Assembly: GCF_001194135.2 (NCBI RefSeq) | Contig: NC_068982.1 | Coordinates: 169,698,119-169,737,830 of the forward strand | Reading direction: 5' to 3' | DNA length: 39,712 nt | From: Octopus bimaculoides | Taxonomy: Eukaryota | Shown: positions 1 through 11,563 of the stretch, one piece after another | Layout of the letters: each line of letters begins with the position of its first letter | Position numbering within the stretch: the stretch's first letter is position 1 | Translations under genes and position numbers: made by a program | The notes under the pieces: model-generated | Database searches by the model: none | The model's input: the letters and a program-made list of their open reading frames with translations, nothing else | What the model was told of the DNA's origin: nothing

Positions 1-50
<50 letters not shown>
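1..50. repeat. (TA)n microsatellite
   Basis: Direct reading of the sequence; one TG interruption. Confidence 0.98.
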
Positions 51-53
<3 letters not shown>

Positions 54-233
54 TAATCCCTCGCCATATCGCGGTTCACCTATCGCTAATTCTGGCTAAT
101 ATATATAAATCTATATCGCAGACTTCTCAGTATATCCGGGTTTCTGCGGCCGATAGGTATTTATATTTTTTTAGGTTTTAATTTTTTGCATGGGAGATAT
201 TGGAACGTAACCCCCGCAGCAGAGGGATTACTG
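51..233. mobile_element. pogo/Tigger-like non-autonomous DNA transposon (MITE)
   Basis: Left end tattaatccctcgccatatcgcgg; the right end read on the minus strand is cagtaatccctctgctgcgggggttacg, giving degenerate TIRs. The ends resemble Tigger/pogo-type termini (recalled). No ORF. Confidence 0.6.
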
Positions 234-1504
234 CATATTCAAAAAGATTGTATTAATTGACATCATCGGAGATATTTCCTGTGTTTGCTGTTTTAGATTT
301 CCAAACACCGAAAATGGAAGTTTTTATCTTCTAATTGTACGGGTAATCTCAGTTATTCGAAATTGAACTGTACTGCATATGTATTGTAAATTCAGAACGA
401 TGCATCCATCCGATATAAATTTTGTTATCCGTATATTTGAAGCACCCACTTACATAGTAAGCGTGTCGCCTTATTGAGATACTGGATTAAACAACAATTT
501 TATTATAACACTTCGGTTAGTCGGTAATGATATCATTATACCGTCGTTCTTTGAATATTGAGATAATTATGTCGAGATTATTATCTCAGCGTTCATACAA
601 CAAACTGATGGATTAATATCATTACCCGATGATGATTAAAGATAGTGAAACTAACAGTTGTAAGGTTTTGGCGTTAAATCCTGCATTTGTATAAACTTAA
701 TCTTCAGTTTTGGATTTTTCATGCAGACATACACAGACATACATCGATTTTGCTTGCTTTCTGGTATCAAATCATAAAATTGCTCATCACAAACGCAAAA
801 AGTGATTTGAGTTCGCTAGACGTTTGTTCAAACAAGTATTGCTTGGACGGTTAGATTATTGATCTCCCGATTGTAAAGTGAGATCGATCTGCATGTTTCG
901 TTCTTGGATAAAGCATTTCTTTTATATAGACGCAGTAGTATCGTTCGTGTGTATATTCAGCCAAGAGACTGAGTGAACGGAACATTTTCTTTAGACACTT
1001 TTTACGGTTTATTTTATCAAAAAATAGCAGCGCATATACATATAAAGATAATCTATATATACACGAGAAATAGTTCTTATCTTATATAGAGTGACTATAT
1101 ATTTTCGTTATAGTTGAGAAGCTGGTTATAATAAAATAACACCCACCCCACAAATGTATACATATATGCAAGCGTGCCTGCATGCATACATACATACATG
1201 CATGTATATGTGTTGTTGGTAAATGTTTTTGTATATGAGTTTTTGTTTTGTGCATTAAATTGCCAGTTATGATTGTCAACGAGTCCCGTAGAAGAGATGC
1301 AAGTCACGAGTTCGCTGTGTTCATGCAGTCCAGTTTTGTTTCCACATTGTTTAATTAATTTTCCCGCCATTGTGAACTAGTGAAATGATGATTTTGATAA
1401 AATTCATCATGGTAAACACTCACACACACATACACATAAAGTATATACGTGCATATACATAAATTCTATCTATCTATCTATCTATCTATCTATTTACTTT
1501 TTTT

Positions 1505-1755
1505 TAAAAAAGCCCGAGGTGACCGTGGTCTTTTCCGTAGGCTTTTCTCTCCACGGATAAACCTAATCTGTTCCCCGTTTTTTTTTACATTGACTGTGAT
1601 ACACGATCCCTATTGATCGGCTTTCCTCCCTCCCCCTTTTTTTTTCACGATCCCTTTTGATCGAAACACCCCCTTTTTTTCTTCCCCAAAGAAAAGCTCT
1701 ACATTGTATTTTGTCCATCTTCTGTATTGAGCCCTGTGTGGCCATAATAAAAAGA
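1505..1755 (+). mobile_element. Probable 3' UTR/tail fragment of a non-LTR retroelement
   Basis: Pyrimidine-rich, ends tgtattgagccctgtgtggccataataaaa (AATAAA) and runs directly into (TCTA)n. Contains two near-identical cgatc-N6-gatcg stem-loops. Family assignment is inference. Confidence 0.35.

Positions 1756-1850
<95 letters not shown>
1756..1850. repeat. (TCTA)n/(TCTG)n compound microsatellite
   Basis: Direct reading. Confidence 0.97.
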
Positions 1851-2279
1851 AGATATATAATGCAAATAAGTAACAAGGATGTCCAGGTATCATTAAGGCC
1901 GTTTCAAGCGGTTCCATTTAATCGATCAATGAAAACATTACACCAATTTGAAATAAACCGCTCTCCTCGGAAGCAGACGACCATATAGATTCCCAACATA
2001 AAGGATAAACCATTATTTTTTAGCAAAATTTCATCAGTACAGTTGTTCCAATTTGCTATTTTTGTAGCAGAATGAATTTAGGGAAAAATGTATACCTAAA
2101 GCCTTCTACAATTTAGGGTGGTAGAGGAAAATAATGGGGTTCAAAAAAGAGGAATGGTGGTATAGCTACATTTATATTTATCTTTATCAGATTCATATGA
2201 CTTAATGCAGCCTGTTGTCTACAACACCTTAGAATTAAATCCATTGGGAACTGAGAGTTAAGCTCTTGTTGGTGGTGAT

Positions 2280-3130
2280 AAATTAATTAATGACAGGTAC
2301 TCCCCCTGGCCCCTATTTTACTGAGACCATATATCCAGCCTTATTTTCATAAAAGGAAATATCTCAGAGTTGCTTGTAAGATAATGACAGGTAGAGAAGA
2401 GGTGATGACCAGAAGGAGGAAGGACAGGAGTAGCTAAATATATTTTGATTATCAAATAAAAGAGGCATAGATTGGGAAACAAAAAAGGTCACAATGAGTT
2501 CCAAATGTTGGAATTGAATATGAGGGTAATAAGGTGTATCCTGACTTAGCAAAAATTTATGTATTGTAATAAAATTTAGAGATGGAATTTAGAACCATGC
2601 AAGAGAAAAAGGATAGATAAATCAACCTAAACCTTAAAAGTGGGATACTTTAATATATAAGAGAAAGCACGTAAGGCCATTCCATAGCATATTATTAAGG
2701 TGGTCACACTAAAACTATTCAAGAGTGAACTTCTATACTCAAGTTAAGATATCATCTGAGTAGGAGTACATTTGAATCAAAACCAGAGATTAAATGCTAA
2801 CAAAAAAAAAAAAAAATGAATATTTCTATATCAGGTAAACTTATTTAAAAGCCTTGAAAAAATGTTTTTAGATAAAAATTACCAACGTTATGAAAAAAAA
2901 AAACATGAAATAATATAAGAGAATATAAAAATCTAAGAAGGTATACGAAGGTAGAAGGTATAAAAATGCCACATATATATAAAAGTTACTTATAGAATTT
3001 ATGAAATATATATTGTACAATTATAAATATAAATGTAAACACCATATTGAATTATATTATACCACGAGTTTTATGAAGGGAAGTTACAATCCATAGATTG
3101 TAACTTCACAACCCATAGAAATTGCAACAG
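2280..3130 (+). mobile_element. Possible heavily decayed Penelope-like retroelement (RT thumb/GIY-YIG relic)
   Basis: Fragmentary translations in changing frames: MTGTPPGPYF (cf. RT G..MG.P..P motif), TLKLFKSELL and KISSE*EY (cf. thumb region), IYEIY/CTI and HEFYEGK (cf. GIY-YIG). Many stops and frameshifts; no YxDD seen. Confidence 0.3.
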
Positions 3131-4604
3131 TATATAAGAGGGTGTATAGATATATAAAAAATACAATAGTATAAGATAAAAGAATAAATAAAATAAAATA
3201 ACAATGAATGAAAGACAAAAAAATGTCTTTTGTATAAAATTCCAATAAAGAATTTATAAAATGAAAAAAATAAAATAAATACTTATTTGCATTTTATTCA
3301 CATAACTTCGACCTCCGCGGACTAGACCGAACTGGCTTGTAGCCTCAGTTTAAGTACCTAATTCAACTGAATCTTAATTATATATATACATACATATATA
3401 TATATATAAATATAGAAAGAGAGAGAGAGAGACCCGCTTGCTATATCCACGGCTGATATCAATTCATTAAATCGACTCCGTTGTATGAATGGTAATCAGT
3501 TTATGAACGGCAAAAGGGTAACAATTGGGTCACGGACGATTTGAACCAGGATAATTAAGGGACGTACAAAACATCTCAAAGCGCGTTTTTCGGCCACTCG
3601 ACCAGTTTTACAGTCTATAAAATAAAGCAGTGTAGCAACAAGTCTACCTGATAAGAATTCATTCACTAGCGTTCCATTTAATGTAATAAAACAAATCAAC
3701 AATGCAGTCGCTACGTGGTCCCTGAATCTGCTAGAAATAACAACCAAATTTCACTCTGATTACAGTTTGTCGTTTTAAAAATAAAATACGGCATGTTCGA
3801 TAGTGTTCTGGATTATCCACACAAGGAAAATGCAGGAAGAAGAGGCTAGATGACGTGGCACAAAACACCAACAACAGCAACAAACAACGGTAGCAGCAGC
3901 AGAAACAACAACCAAGAATAAAATTGCTTTCCTATTTCTGGATTATTAACATTGTTACTAAATTATTTCAGTCTTCGCCTGAAATAGAATTATTAATACT
4001 TAAACAACAACAAATGATAAAGACAGCAACCTAATATAATATCACAGATTTGAAAATAGAAATATGAAATATTTGATTTATAGATTGAACAAATAACGAG
4101 TCTGAAATTGAATTACTTTACTTTAGATCATATTACAATAAATTTTAAAATAACAGCTAACACACGCGTTGAGCTTTGCAGAGAACACAATTTCAAAGAT
4201 TGTGAAATGACGTTAGACTGTTGGTTGATCCTGGTACAAACGCAAACTATTTACTAGGTTAAGGACAAAACAGTTTTAATTATTGTCGTTCAACAATCGT
4301 TTAATCCTGATCGAGTTGGGCACATACACACATATAAGTGTGTATATGTGTCCAGTATGTTGTGGTGATCATATAATTGAAAACAGCGTTACGTTGTTAG
4401 AGTGTCTTTCAAAATGTAAAAGTGAATGGTTTCGTTAGCTCTGGGAACTAACGGAATTAACTGTATAACCACTGTTAATAATGTTGAGTCAGTGAACCAA
4501 CGAAGAAACAGGTTTCTAGTTGCTCATCAGCTAGAAGAAGCAGTTAAATCGACTTTTACCTCGTCTGCGACCTTAAAAAGAAAAGAAGATATCATATTGG
4601 ACAT

Positions 4605-4780
4605 TGTAATCTTAGATGATACATGCACTGCCGAATAATTAAGAAATCTATTTAACAATCATGAGGTTTCGGGTTCGGTCCCACAGTGTGACTTTCTAGG
4701 CAAATATCTTTCAAGTTAAGCTACTTGACTAACATTGGATAGCCAGGAACTCTGCGAAACATGTCGAAAAGCTTATAACT
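4605..4780 (+). repeat. Direct repeat copy 1 (~175 bp)
   Basis: tgtaatcttagatgatacatgcactgccg...gaaaagcttataact recurs at 5430-5602. The first ~80 nt are identical and differences cluster after that. Confidence 0.97.
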
Positions 4781-4968
4781 GTATTTCAAAGCGCAAGCCG
4801 TATCACGCTGATTCCCTGCAAATTATGTTCAGGGTACACATATCTGGAATTTTCGGTTACACTTACTTAACTGTTTAGTTGACCGAGCAATAGGAACACT
4901 CATTGGCGAAAACAATTGATGATTTCTTTTTTCATGTCATTCCATTTCATATGTATATTCTATCATGT

Positions 4969-5002
4969 GGGTCCTAAGCCTGGAAAGAAGAAAGAAGGTT
5001 GG
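4969..5002 (+). ncRNA. Twister ribozyme 3'-half remnant (probably inactive)
   Basis: gggtcctaagcctggaaagaagaaagaagg resembles the twister core GGUCCCAAGCCCGG-AUAAAA-GUGGAGGG (rice twister, recalled). No matching 5' half is visible upstream. Confidence 0.5.
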
Positions 5003-5200
5003 TCATTGGACCAGCAACCCAACCCTGTGAAAGAAAGACAGCTACAGAAATATAAAGAGACCTCCCCGCCCCCAAAAAAACTATACGAAGAAGCTGGCAA
5101 TGGAGGTGATCCAACAATGATAGATTCTAATCAAAGCAAAATAGAAATTTGGGTCTCTAAATGCCAAATTCTGAGCGCCAAAAATGTAACAAAGCCGGGT
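4969..5200 (+). mobile_element. 5' fragment of an RTE-clade LINE (5' UTR plus start of APE endonuclease)
   Basis: 5' UTR-type motif ggttgg...cagcaacccaaccctgtgaaag...gctacagaaa is typical of RTE elements (recalled). Downstream, aaaatagaaatt(t)gggtctctaaatgccaaa reads KIEIGSLNAK after a 1-nt frameshift, matching the APE N-terminal I(G/A)T(W/L)NVR motif. Confidence 0.6.
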
Positions 5201-5429
5201 TCATGGAGCATTCATGGTTCATGGAGCATTCATTGACATACACTTGTAAAGACAATGACAATAACAGCAGAAACAACAACAGCAACAGTGGCGGGAAGTC
5301 ATTTTACCAGATGGTTCATATATAATTTCTGAGAGATGGATTGGGTCATTAGTTGGGTCTTGGGCGTGAAACAACACAATATGATACGAACCCCATATGT
5401 TTTGTTGAAAACTTAACAGTAGATATATC

Positions 5430-5602
5430 TGTAATCTTAGATGATACATGCACTGCCGAATAATTAAGAAATCTATTTAACAATCATGAGGTTTCGGGTT
5501 CGGTCCCACATTGTGACTTCTCAGAAAATGTCTTTCAAGTTAAGCTACTTGACTGACATTGGATAGCCAGACACGGCGAAACATGTCGAAAAGCTTATAA
5601 CT
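5430..5602 (+). repeat. Direct repeat copy 2 (~175 bp)
   Basis: Roughly 90% identical to 4605-4780 by eye. Confidence 0.97.
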
Positions 5603-6309
5603 ATAACTCACACCTAACTCACTCACATACTTACTTATTTACTTTTGCAACCTCCGCATCATTCTAATCAACCATTAACAAAATGAACTTGCAAAATAAG
5701 TAAGAAATAAAAAAAAATGTTCTTAATCTAACAAGCCTCTTATATACCGTCCTATTTTGCACTGTCACCAGTTTTTAGGTGAATCAAGCGGTATGAAGTC
5801 TGTTGAAAAGTCTACGATTTTTCTCAAAAGTCATTGATTTGCAGATACCCGAAATGGTATCAACAGCATCTATATTACATGTCTGAGAGAGATCCCTAAT
5901 AAGTCACGGAGAATGTTTTTCCTCTGATATATATATAACATAACAAAACAAAAATAAGCTAAGTAAAGAAAATATATAACTAAGTCAGTTCAAATTCACA
6001 TAATCAGAGTTGCTAACTGAACATCTGTGAGAAACTTAAACAAGTTGAACTTGATATGAAGAAGAAAGTAAAGTTAGTATTGTGATTGATCTGTCTTACT
6101 AGTGACACGAACTTTTATCTACTGGAAATGAAAATAAAGTAAATATAAAAAAGAGCAAATGTAAAAACACTAAAGAAATCGGAGAACTTCAAAATCACCA
6201 GTGGGTATAGCGCTGATTTATTTTACTATAATAGTGATACAAGATATAGTGATTACAAGGTCGGATGTATTTATTGATAATAGTATCTAAATCAATTTAC
6301 TTTCTACTT

Positions 6310-6346
<37 letters not shown>

Positions 6347-7099
6347 TACACACACGTGCTCATACACATACACGCACCCATACACCCAGACATGTCTGCA
6401 TTTACATGTAAATACATATAAATAAACATAAAAATGCATATACATAAACATATATACATACATATATATATTTATATATACGTATATGCATATAAATTAT
6501 ATATATTTATATGTATTCATATANNNNNNNNNNNNNNNNNNNNNNNNNNNNNNNNNNNNNNNNNNNNNNNNNNNNNNNNNNNNNNNNNNNNNNNNNNNNN
6601 NNNNNNNNNNNNNNNNNNNNNNNNNNNNNNNNNNNNNNNNNNNNNNNNNNNNNNNNNNNNNNNNNNNNNNNNNNNNNNNNNNNNNNNNNNNNNNNNNNNN
6701 NNNNNNNNNNNNNNNNNNNNNNNNNNNNNNNNNNNNNNNNNNNNNNNNNNNNNNNNNNNNNNNNNNNNATATATATATATATATATATATACATATATAT
6801 ACACATACATACATACATACATATATATATATATATCACATTCAATCGTTAAGATTATACAATGCTCTTATTTGCAAACAATATATAACCATGCTAGTTG
6901 AATACTTCCGGTCATGCAATCGATTTAGAAGACAGGCGTCTGGTGTTGTTTTTAAGAAAGACCGTTAGCTAGATCTGTCTAAGTTAGTCGGTTTTTGTAC
7001 AATTCTAAACATCATATACAAAAAATAATGGGTTCGATTCCAGCGTGCAGAAATTATATATATATATATTATCCAAATTGTACAGTATATATCCATCAT

Positions 7100-7191
7100 G
7101 GCTGATCTTACCAATAGGTTTCGCGCTAGGTGTACAATGGAGTGTTAGGTAGCAATGTGATTATATAACTCTACGCTCATCAGAGGTAGCC
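7100..7191 (-). ncRNA. Type I hammerhead ribozyme with intact catalytic core
   Basis: Minus strand: ggcuaccu CUGAUGA gcg-(48 nt)-cgc GAAA cc uauu gg UA agaucagcc. Stem I ggcuaccu/agaucagcc (one mismatch, one bulge), stem II gcg/cgc, stem III Acc/ggU, cleavage triplet GUA. Confidence 0.75.
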
Positions 7192-7867
7192 GGTACGCAC
7201 ACATATTTGTATATAAATATAAATAATTTGGGAAAACAAATTTCTAAATCAATCAGATGTAACCCTACAGCGTTATATGCATCTACATATTGTACTTTGC
7301 GGTCTTATTTATCGTATATTTATATATTTATCTATAAATATACAAAGTATCTGATAAAAGTCAATATTCAATTTTTGGGGATTAATTGATATGCGGGTAT
7401 TCTATTTCAGATAATACAAAAATAACCTAATGAATATATCTGACAGTAAACTCATGGTATCATTTAGCACATCACGAAATAACACTGAAATATATATACG
7501 ATGGACTCACTTGTCGTGTTCAAAGCATGAGGACCAAAGAATTTTACTTTGTTTTCTTTCCTTCTACATTCTAGTGTGTGTGTCTTCTGTGAGGCAAGAG
7601 ACCTGCTTTGTTTTTGCCAGCCAGACCGTATCCTTCACACACAGAACGCTGAAAGGAATCTGCATTCTTTTGGCCTTGCCTTCGATCACCTAGTCCCTCA
7701 ATCCTTGAGTTGATAAGGTTCCACAGTTATTTCTAAGATGAACATATACATACATAAATATACATACATACGTATACACACACACATATATATATATACA
7801 CACGCATGCGCGCGACACACACACACATACACACACACACACACACATTTATATGGATAAACGTAAG

Positions 7868-8222
7868 GTGAGGGCGCAGGGCCTAGTGATGTTGCACTCA
7901 CGATCGTGAGGGTCATGGTTTCAATTCCTGGATCGGGGTGGTGCGTTGTGTTCGTGAGCGAAACACTTCACCTCATGTTGCACTGCGATCACTTCGACAC
8001 CTGACACGTGGAACACTGTGCACCTCTTCATGCAGCGTCAGCCTGACAGAGGGTGTGAGTTAACGTGCAGCTCATATACACTCGATCACAATAAACAATC
8101 ATTTGTGCAGCTTGTTCAGCAAGAAATTGCAGACCCGTATTTCTCGGATTACGAGAGACTGTCATCACCTTCATCATAATCATCAAAACCACCACCACCA
8201 CCACCAACCACCGCCGCCGCCA
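7868..8222 (+). mobile_element. tRNA-derived SINE with (CAT/CAC)n tail
   Basis: Head gggcgcagggcctagtg...ggtttcaattcctgg has A-box/B-box-like motifs. Core tgttcgtgagcgaaacacttcacctcatgttgc, then a trinucleotide tail. Confidence 0.75.
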
Positions 8223-8233
8223 CNNNNNNNNNN

Positions 8234-8362
8234 CAATCATTTGTGCAGCTTGTTCAGCAAGAAATTGCAGACCCGTATTTCTCGGATTACGAGAGACTGT
8301 CATCACCTTCATCATAATCATCAAAACCACCACCACCACCACCACTACCACCATCATCATCA
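8234..8362 (+). repeat. Exact duplicate of the SINE 3' end across a 10-N gap (probable assembly artefact)
   Basis: caatcatttgtgcagc...aaaaccaccacc is identical to the sequence starting at 8096. Confidence 0.85.
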
Positions 8363-9591
8363 TCATTGTCATATGGGTAGATGATTCTTTAGCGATTTAG
8401 AATTTGAGAATTCAGTTGTTTAAGCAGCTGAATTATTTACTCAATGGATAAATGTGTAAGTGGTTGAGTATATCAGAGACACAGTTACCCTTAATGTAAA
8501 CCTCAGGCAGAAACTGCGTCAGGTGCTGTGTGTGTGTGACAAGGTTCTGCCATGAGATTTCCGCTACAGTCCTTCCAACGGGCTTCTATACAGTTGGTGT
8601 ATTGGCTCAGAGTATAATGATGTTAAATAATACCTTTGAAACCTGCGAAAAAGTCACAGATGTAGCAGAATTAATAGAATCCCAAGTAATGTGCTTTGTA
8701 ATCTTCAGCTTCGTCTACCAGCATTTCGCCTGCAAATCTTGCCATCATCATTAAAATGTGCAAAAAGTTATTTCGAGAACAACTTTTATCATAAAGCTTC
8801 CCTCTGTACTTAAGAAATACATGAATATATTAGAATTTTAGAGAAATGTAAGCTGATAGTAATCAGTATTAAATGTGCTTTTAACATAGTTTAATATGGT
8901 TTCGAGAGATTTTCATTTGGTTATGATAGTATGTTAAAGTAGAACCCGAATATGATACACATGATATAATAACCGTAAATAGTTTCAAAAAGTGAGGAAC
9001 ATTTCATAGCGAGGTGAAAAAAAAACCCCACTAAATAAGTTATTTCTATGCTTGATTTATGATTAATTTCTGTTTAAAGTTCGTAAATATACAGCTGATG
9101 GCAAGGGCAGATTTGTGTTTTGTGAGTCGAGGTAACTAATTCGGTAGAATATTGGATAACGAACCGAACTAAAGAGATTGGTGATCCGTATTCTATTGGC
9201 GTTGCCGTACTTCTGTGGACAAGATACGTAATCTTCAATGTTTCACCCCATCTTGTTGATATAGAGTAAGTAGTGGAGGCACTGCAAACATGAAGTTGTA
9301 ACTGTTCGATTAGCTTTCGGTGTGGAGTTCAACGATTCATGAAAACGTAATACCGTCGGGACAATTCATAGTAAATACCTGACAGAAAAACAAATTCTTC
9401 GATGGTATTCCTGTGAGCCAATAATTATGGGATTTGTAAGAGAGTTGTTGTTTAATTAATTGAGATATTTGAAGGGGAGACCGTATTAACTGATTCCTAC
9501 TCAGAGTTTCATGACGTGGGTGGGTGTTATAATAGCTTTGATCGTTAATTTCACTTTTCTGTTGGATGATCTGAATACCAGTTAGTCCTAG

Positions 9592-9745
9592 GCTAGACAT
9601 TAAATTGCATCTGGTGGTAAGGTTCCAACTTATGAGTTCAGGAGATTTGGTGAGTATGGTGTTACTCCTTATTTCCCACTGCTTTCAAGTCCACTTTGAT
9701 CCGGGATTGTAGTATCTGTCAAGTACTCCAACTACGGGTCATATA
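9592..9745 (+). repeat. Degenerate dispersed repeat (SINE-like)
   Basis: acattaaattgcatctggtgg...ccactttgatccgggattgtagtatctgtc...tacgggtca resembles an abundant octopus interspersed repeat (recalled, unverified). Confidence 0.45.
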
Positions 9746-9846
9746 GCAGAAGATGGGCCTATGGTTAAGGTATAGAATACTTGGAGAAAGCTGGCCTTTT
9801 AGACATGTGTGATGAAGGCCCACCAGGTGGGTATGTCCAGATGTGC

Positions 9847-9990
9847 GAACCATTGCTTCCGCTTAAAGGTTAGTTAGGCTCTGTGCGACAAGGCTTCAGT
9901 CAAAAGAATGGGAGAGTTGCCGAGTAAACTATAAATAAACTCACAGAAGGCAACGGGAAACCTTTGCTTTATTTCTTCCAAGAAAAACGA
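9847..9990 (+). mobile_element. RTE-type 5' leader remnant with decayed HDV-like ribozyme fold
   Basis: gaaggcaacgggaaacc...ttcttccaagaaaa resembles the RTE/BovB leader gaaggcaatggcaaaccac...cttgccaagaaaa (recalled). Helices P1-P4 can be drawn in HDV order (see finding). Confidence 0.4.
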
Positions 9991-11120
9991 ACATTAATCT
10001 TCAGACTTTGGCAAGGGTCAGTCTGTAATTGACCCCTGTCAAATTTTGAAGAACGGCCAACTGAGAGTTTAGAGCACCAGTGAGAAATAGAATAAATACA
10101 ACTTTTAGGTAGTGATACAAACGAACTAACAACCACTTGGTTGATTATTTAGCATATTCTCTACAAATCTATTGACTATCCACTGACTATTTGACAGAAG
10201 TAACTTTTCATAAAAGGGTGAACGAGAGTACTGAGCATAGGGAATAATTAGAGCGATAAGCAAAATCTCCACATTTTACAGTAGTAGAACAAACGACTCT
10301 TGGTCTTCTCGACACGGTTAATATATCTTTAAAGGTGAGAGCACTTAAGTAGACATCAACAACAGGGATTTCTTATATTCGTGCAGTAGGTCTAGTAAAA
10401 TTATAGATGAGTTCTCAATGGGAGGGGGTGTTTAGGAAACATCTCAAACACAGACACCACACGATTCCTGACACGAGTAGGTCTGGCTTCAAAGATATGA
10501 ATGAGGTTTTTTTCCCCCCTAAACCCAGAGGGGTAAACTGGTGCACAGTCTGAAGCGATGATAGTCACTACACAATTATCAATTCAAGTGTCAGTTTATC
10601 ACACCAACTATATCTAATTCAGTATATCGATTTAAACGTAAATATATCGTAGCTGTATTTTTGAATCTGACGCCAAATTAAAATAGTGAAGGAAAAAAAA
10701 ATCTATATATCAACTGATATTGCCTGAAGATGTTAAATTACCAACAGATTAGATTTTGTTATTTTTGGAGATGTATGTGTGTACGTATACACAAACACAC
10801 ACACATACACACACACACATGTGCACACATATAATTTATGGACTTGAACATACGTGTATGTATGTATCTATGCACACGTATACACAAATATAAACAGGAA
10901 AAAAATATAAATATAATTCGGGACTTAAAATTATTTAATAATTTGTAGTTTATTGCTAACTTTCAATAAATGTTAGGATACATTATAGGCATAATTTAAG
11001 AACAACATATTTCGTAAAAAACAACATTTATGTAAATATAAATTTGATGTAATTGATATACATTCAAATTGGAAGGTTAGTTAGTATTGGTAAACATCTG
11101 AAATATTGGATTCAAATTTA

Positions 11121-11307
11121 GGCTCAAGGAAAACAATTTCAGGGGATGAGATGAATCGATTAGATCGACCCCAGTGTTCAACTGGTTATTTCATCAACCC
11201 CCGAATGGATGAAAAGCAAAGTTGACCTCGCGTGATATGAACTCAGAACGTAAAAACGGACAGAATGTCGCCAAATATTTTGGCCGGTGCGCTAATGGTT
11301 CCGCCAG
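11121..11307 (-). mobile_element. tRNA-derived SINE, family A (diverged copy)
   Basis: Its reverse complement aligns to the plus-strand copy at 33654-33875 (ctggcagaatcgttagcac...ttctgagttca...ggggtcgat). Confidence 0.85.
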
Positions 11308-11387
11308 GACTAAGCCCCAATGAACATCTGAAATATTAATATTTATCATCACCACCATACATCGCCACCACCATGGAAAATGTGATA

Positions 11388-11496
11388 AGCTTACAAAGAA
11401 TAAGTCCTGGGGTCGGATTCTTCGACTAAAATCTTTTAAGGTGGTGCTCCAGCATACCTGCATTCAAATGACTGAAAGAAGTAAAAGAATAAAAGA

Positions 11497-11498
<2 letters not shown>
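11388..11498 (+). mobile_element. 3' portion of SINE family B
   Basis: gcttacaaagaataagtcctggggtcg...gtgctccagcat...aatgactgaaa.aagtaaaaga matches the 3' end of the copy at 39305-39712. Confidence 0.9.

Positions 11499-11563
<65 letters not shown>

Noticed and set aside
3300-3360. GC-rich patch with minus-strand ctga-ggc-tacaa-gcc hairpin
   Set aside because: The core lacks CUGANGA and GAAA in correct positions; it is only a short hairpin.
4505-4532. Minus-strand CUGAUGA-gcaacua-GAAAcc hammerhead-like core
   Set aside because: Stem II cannot close (no C before GAAA), and no stem III or NUH partner follows.
4605-5610. LTR/TRIM interpretation of the TG...CA-bounded direct repeats
   Set aside because: No 4-6 bp TSD (gacat vs cacct), no tRNA primer-binding site and no polypurine tract.
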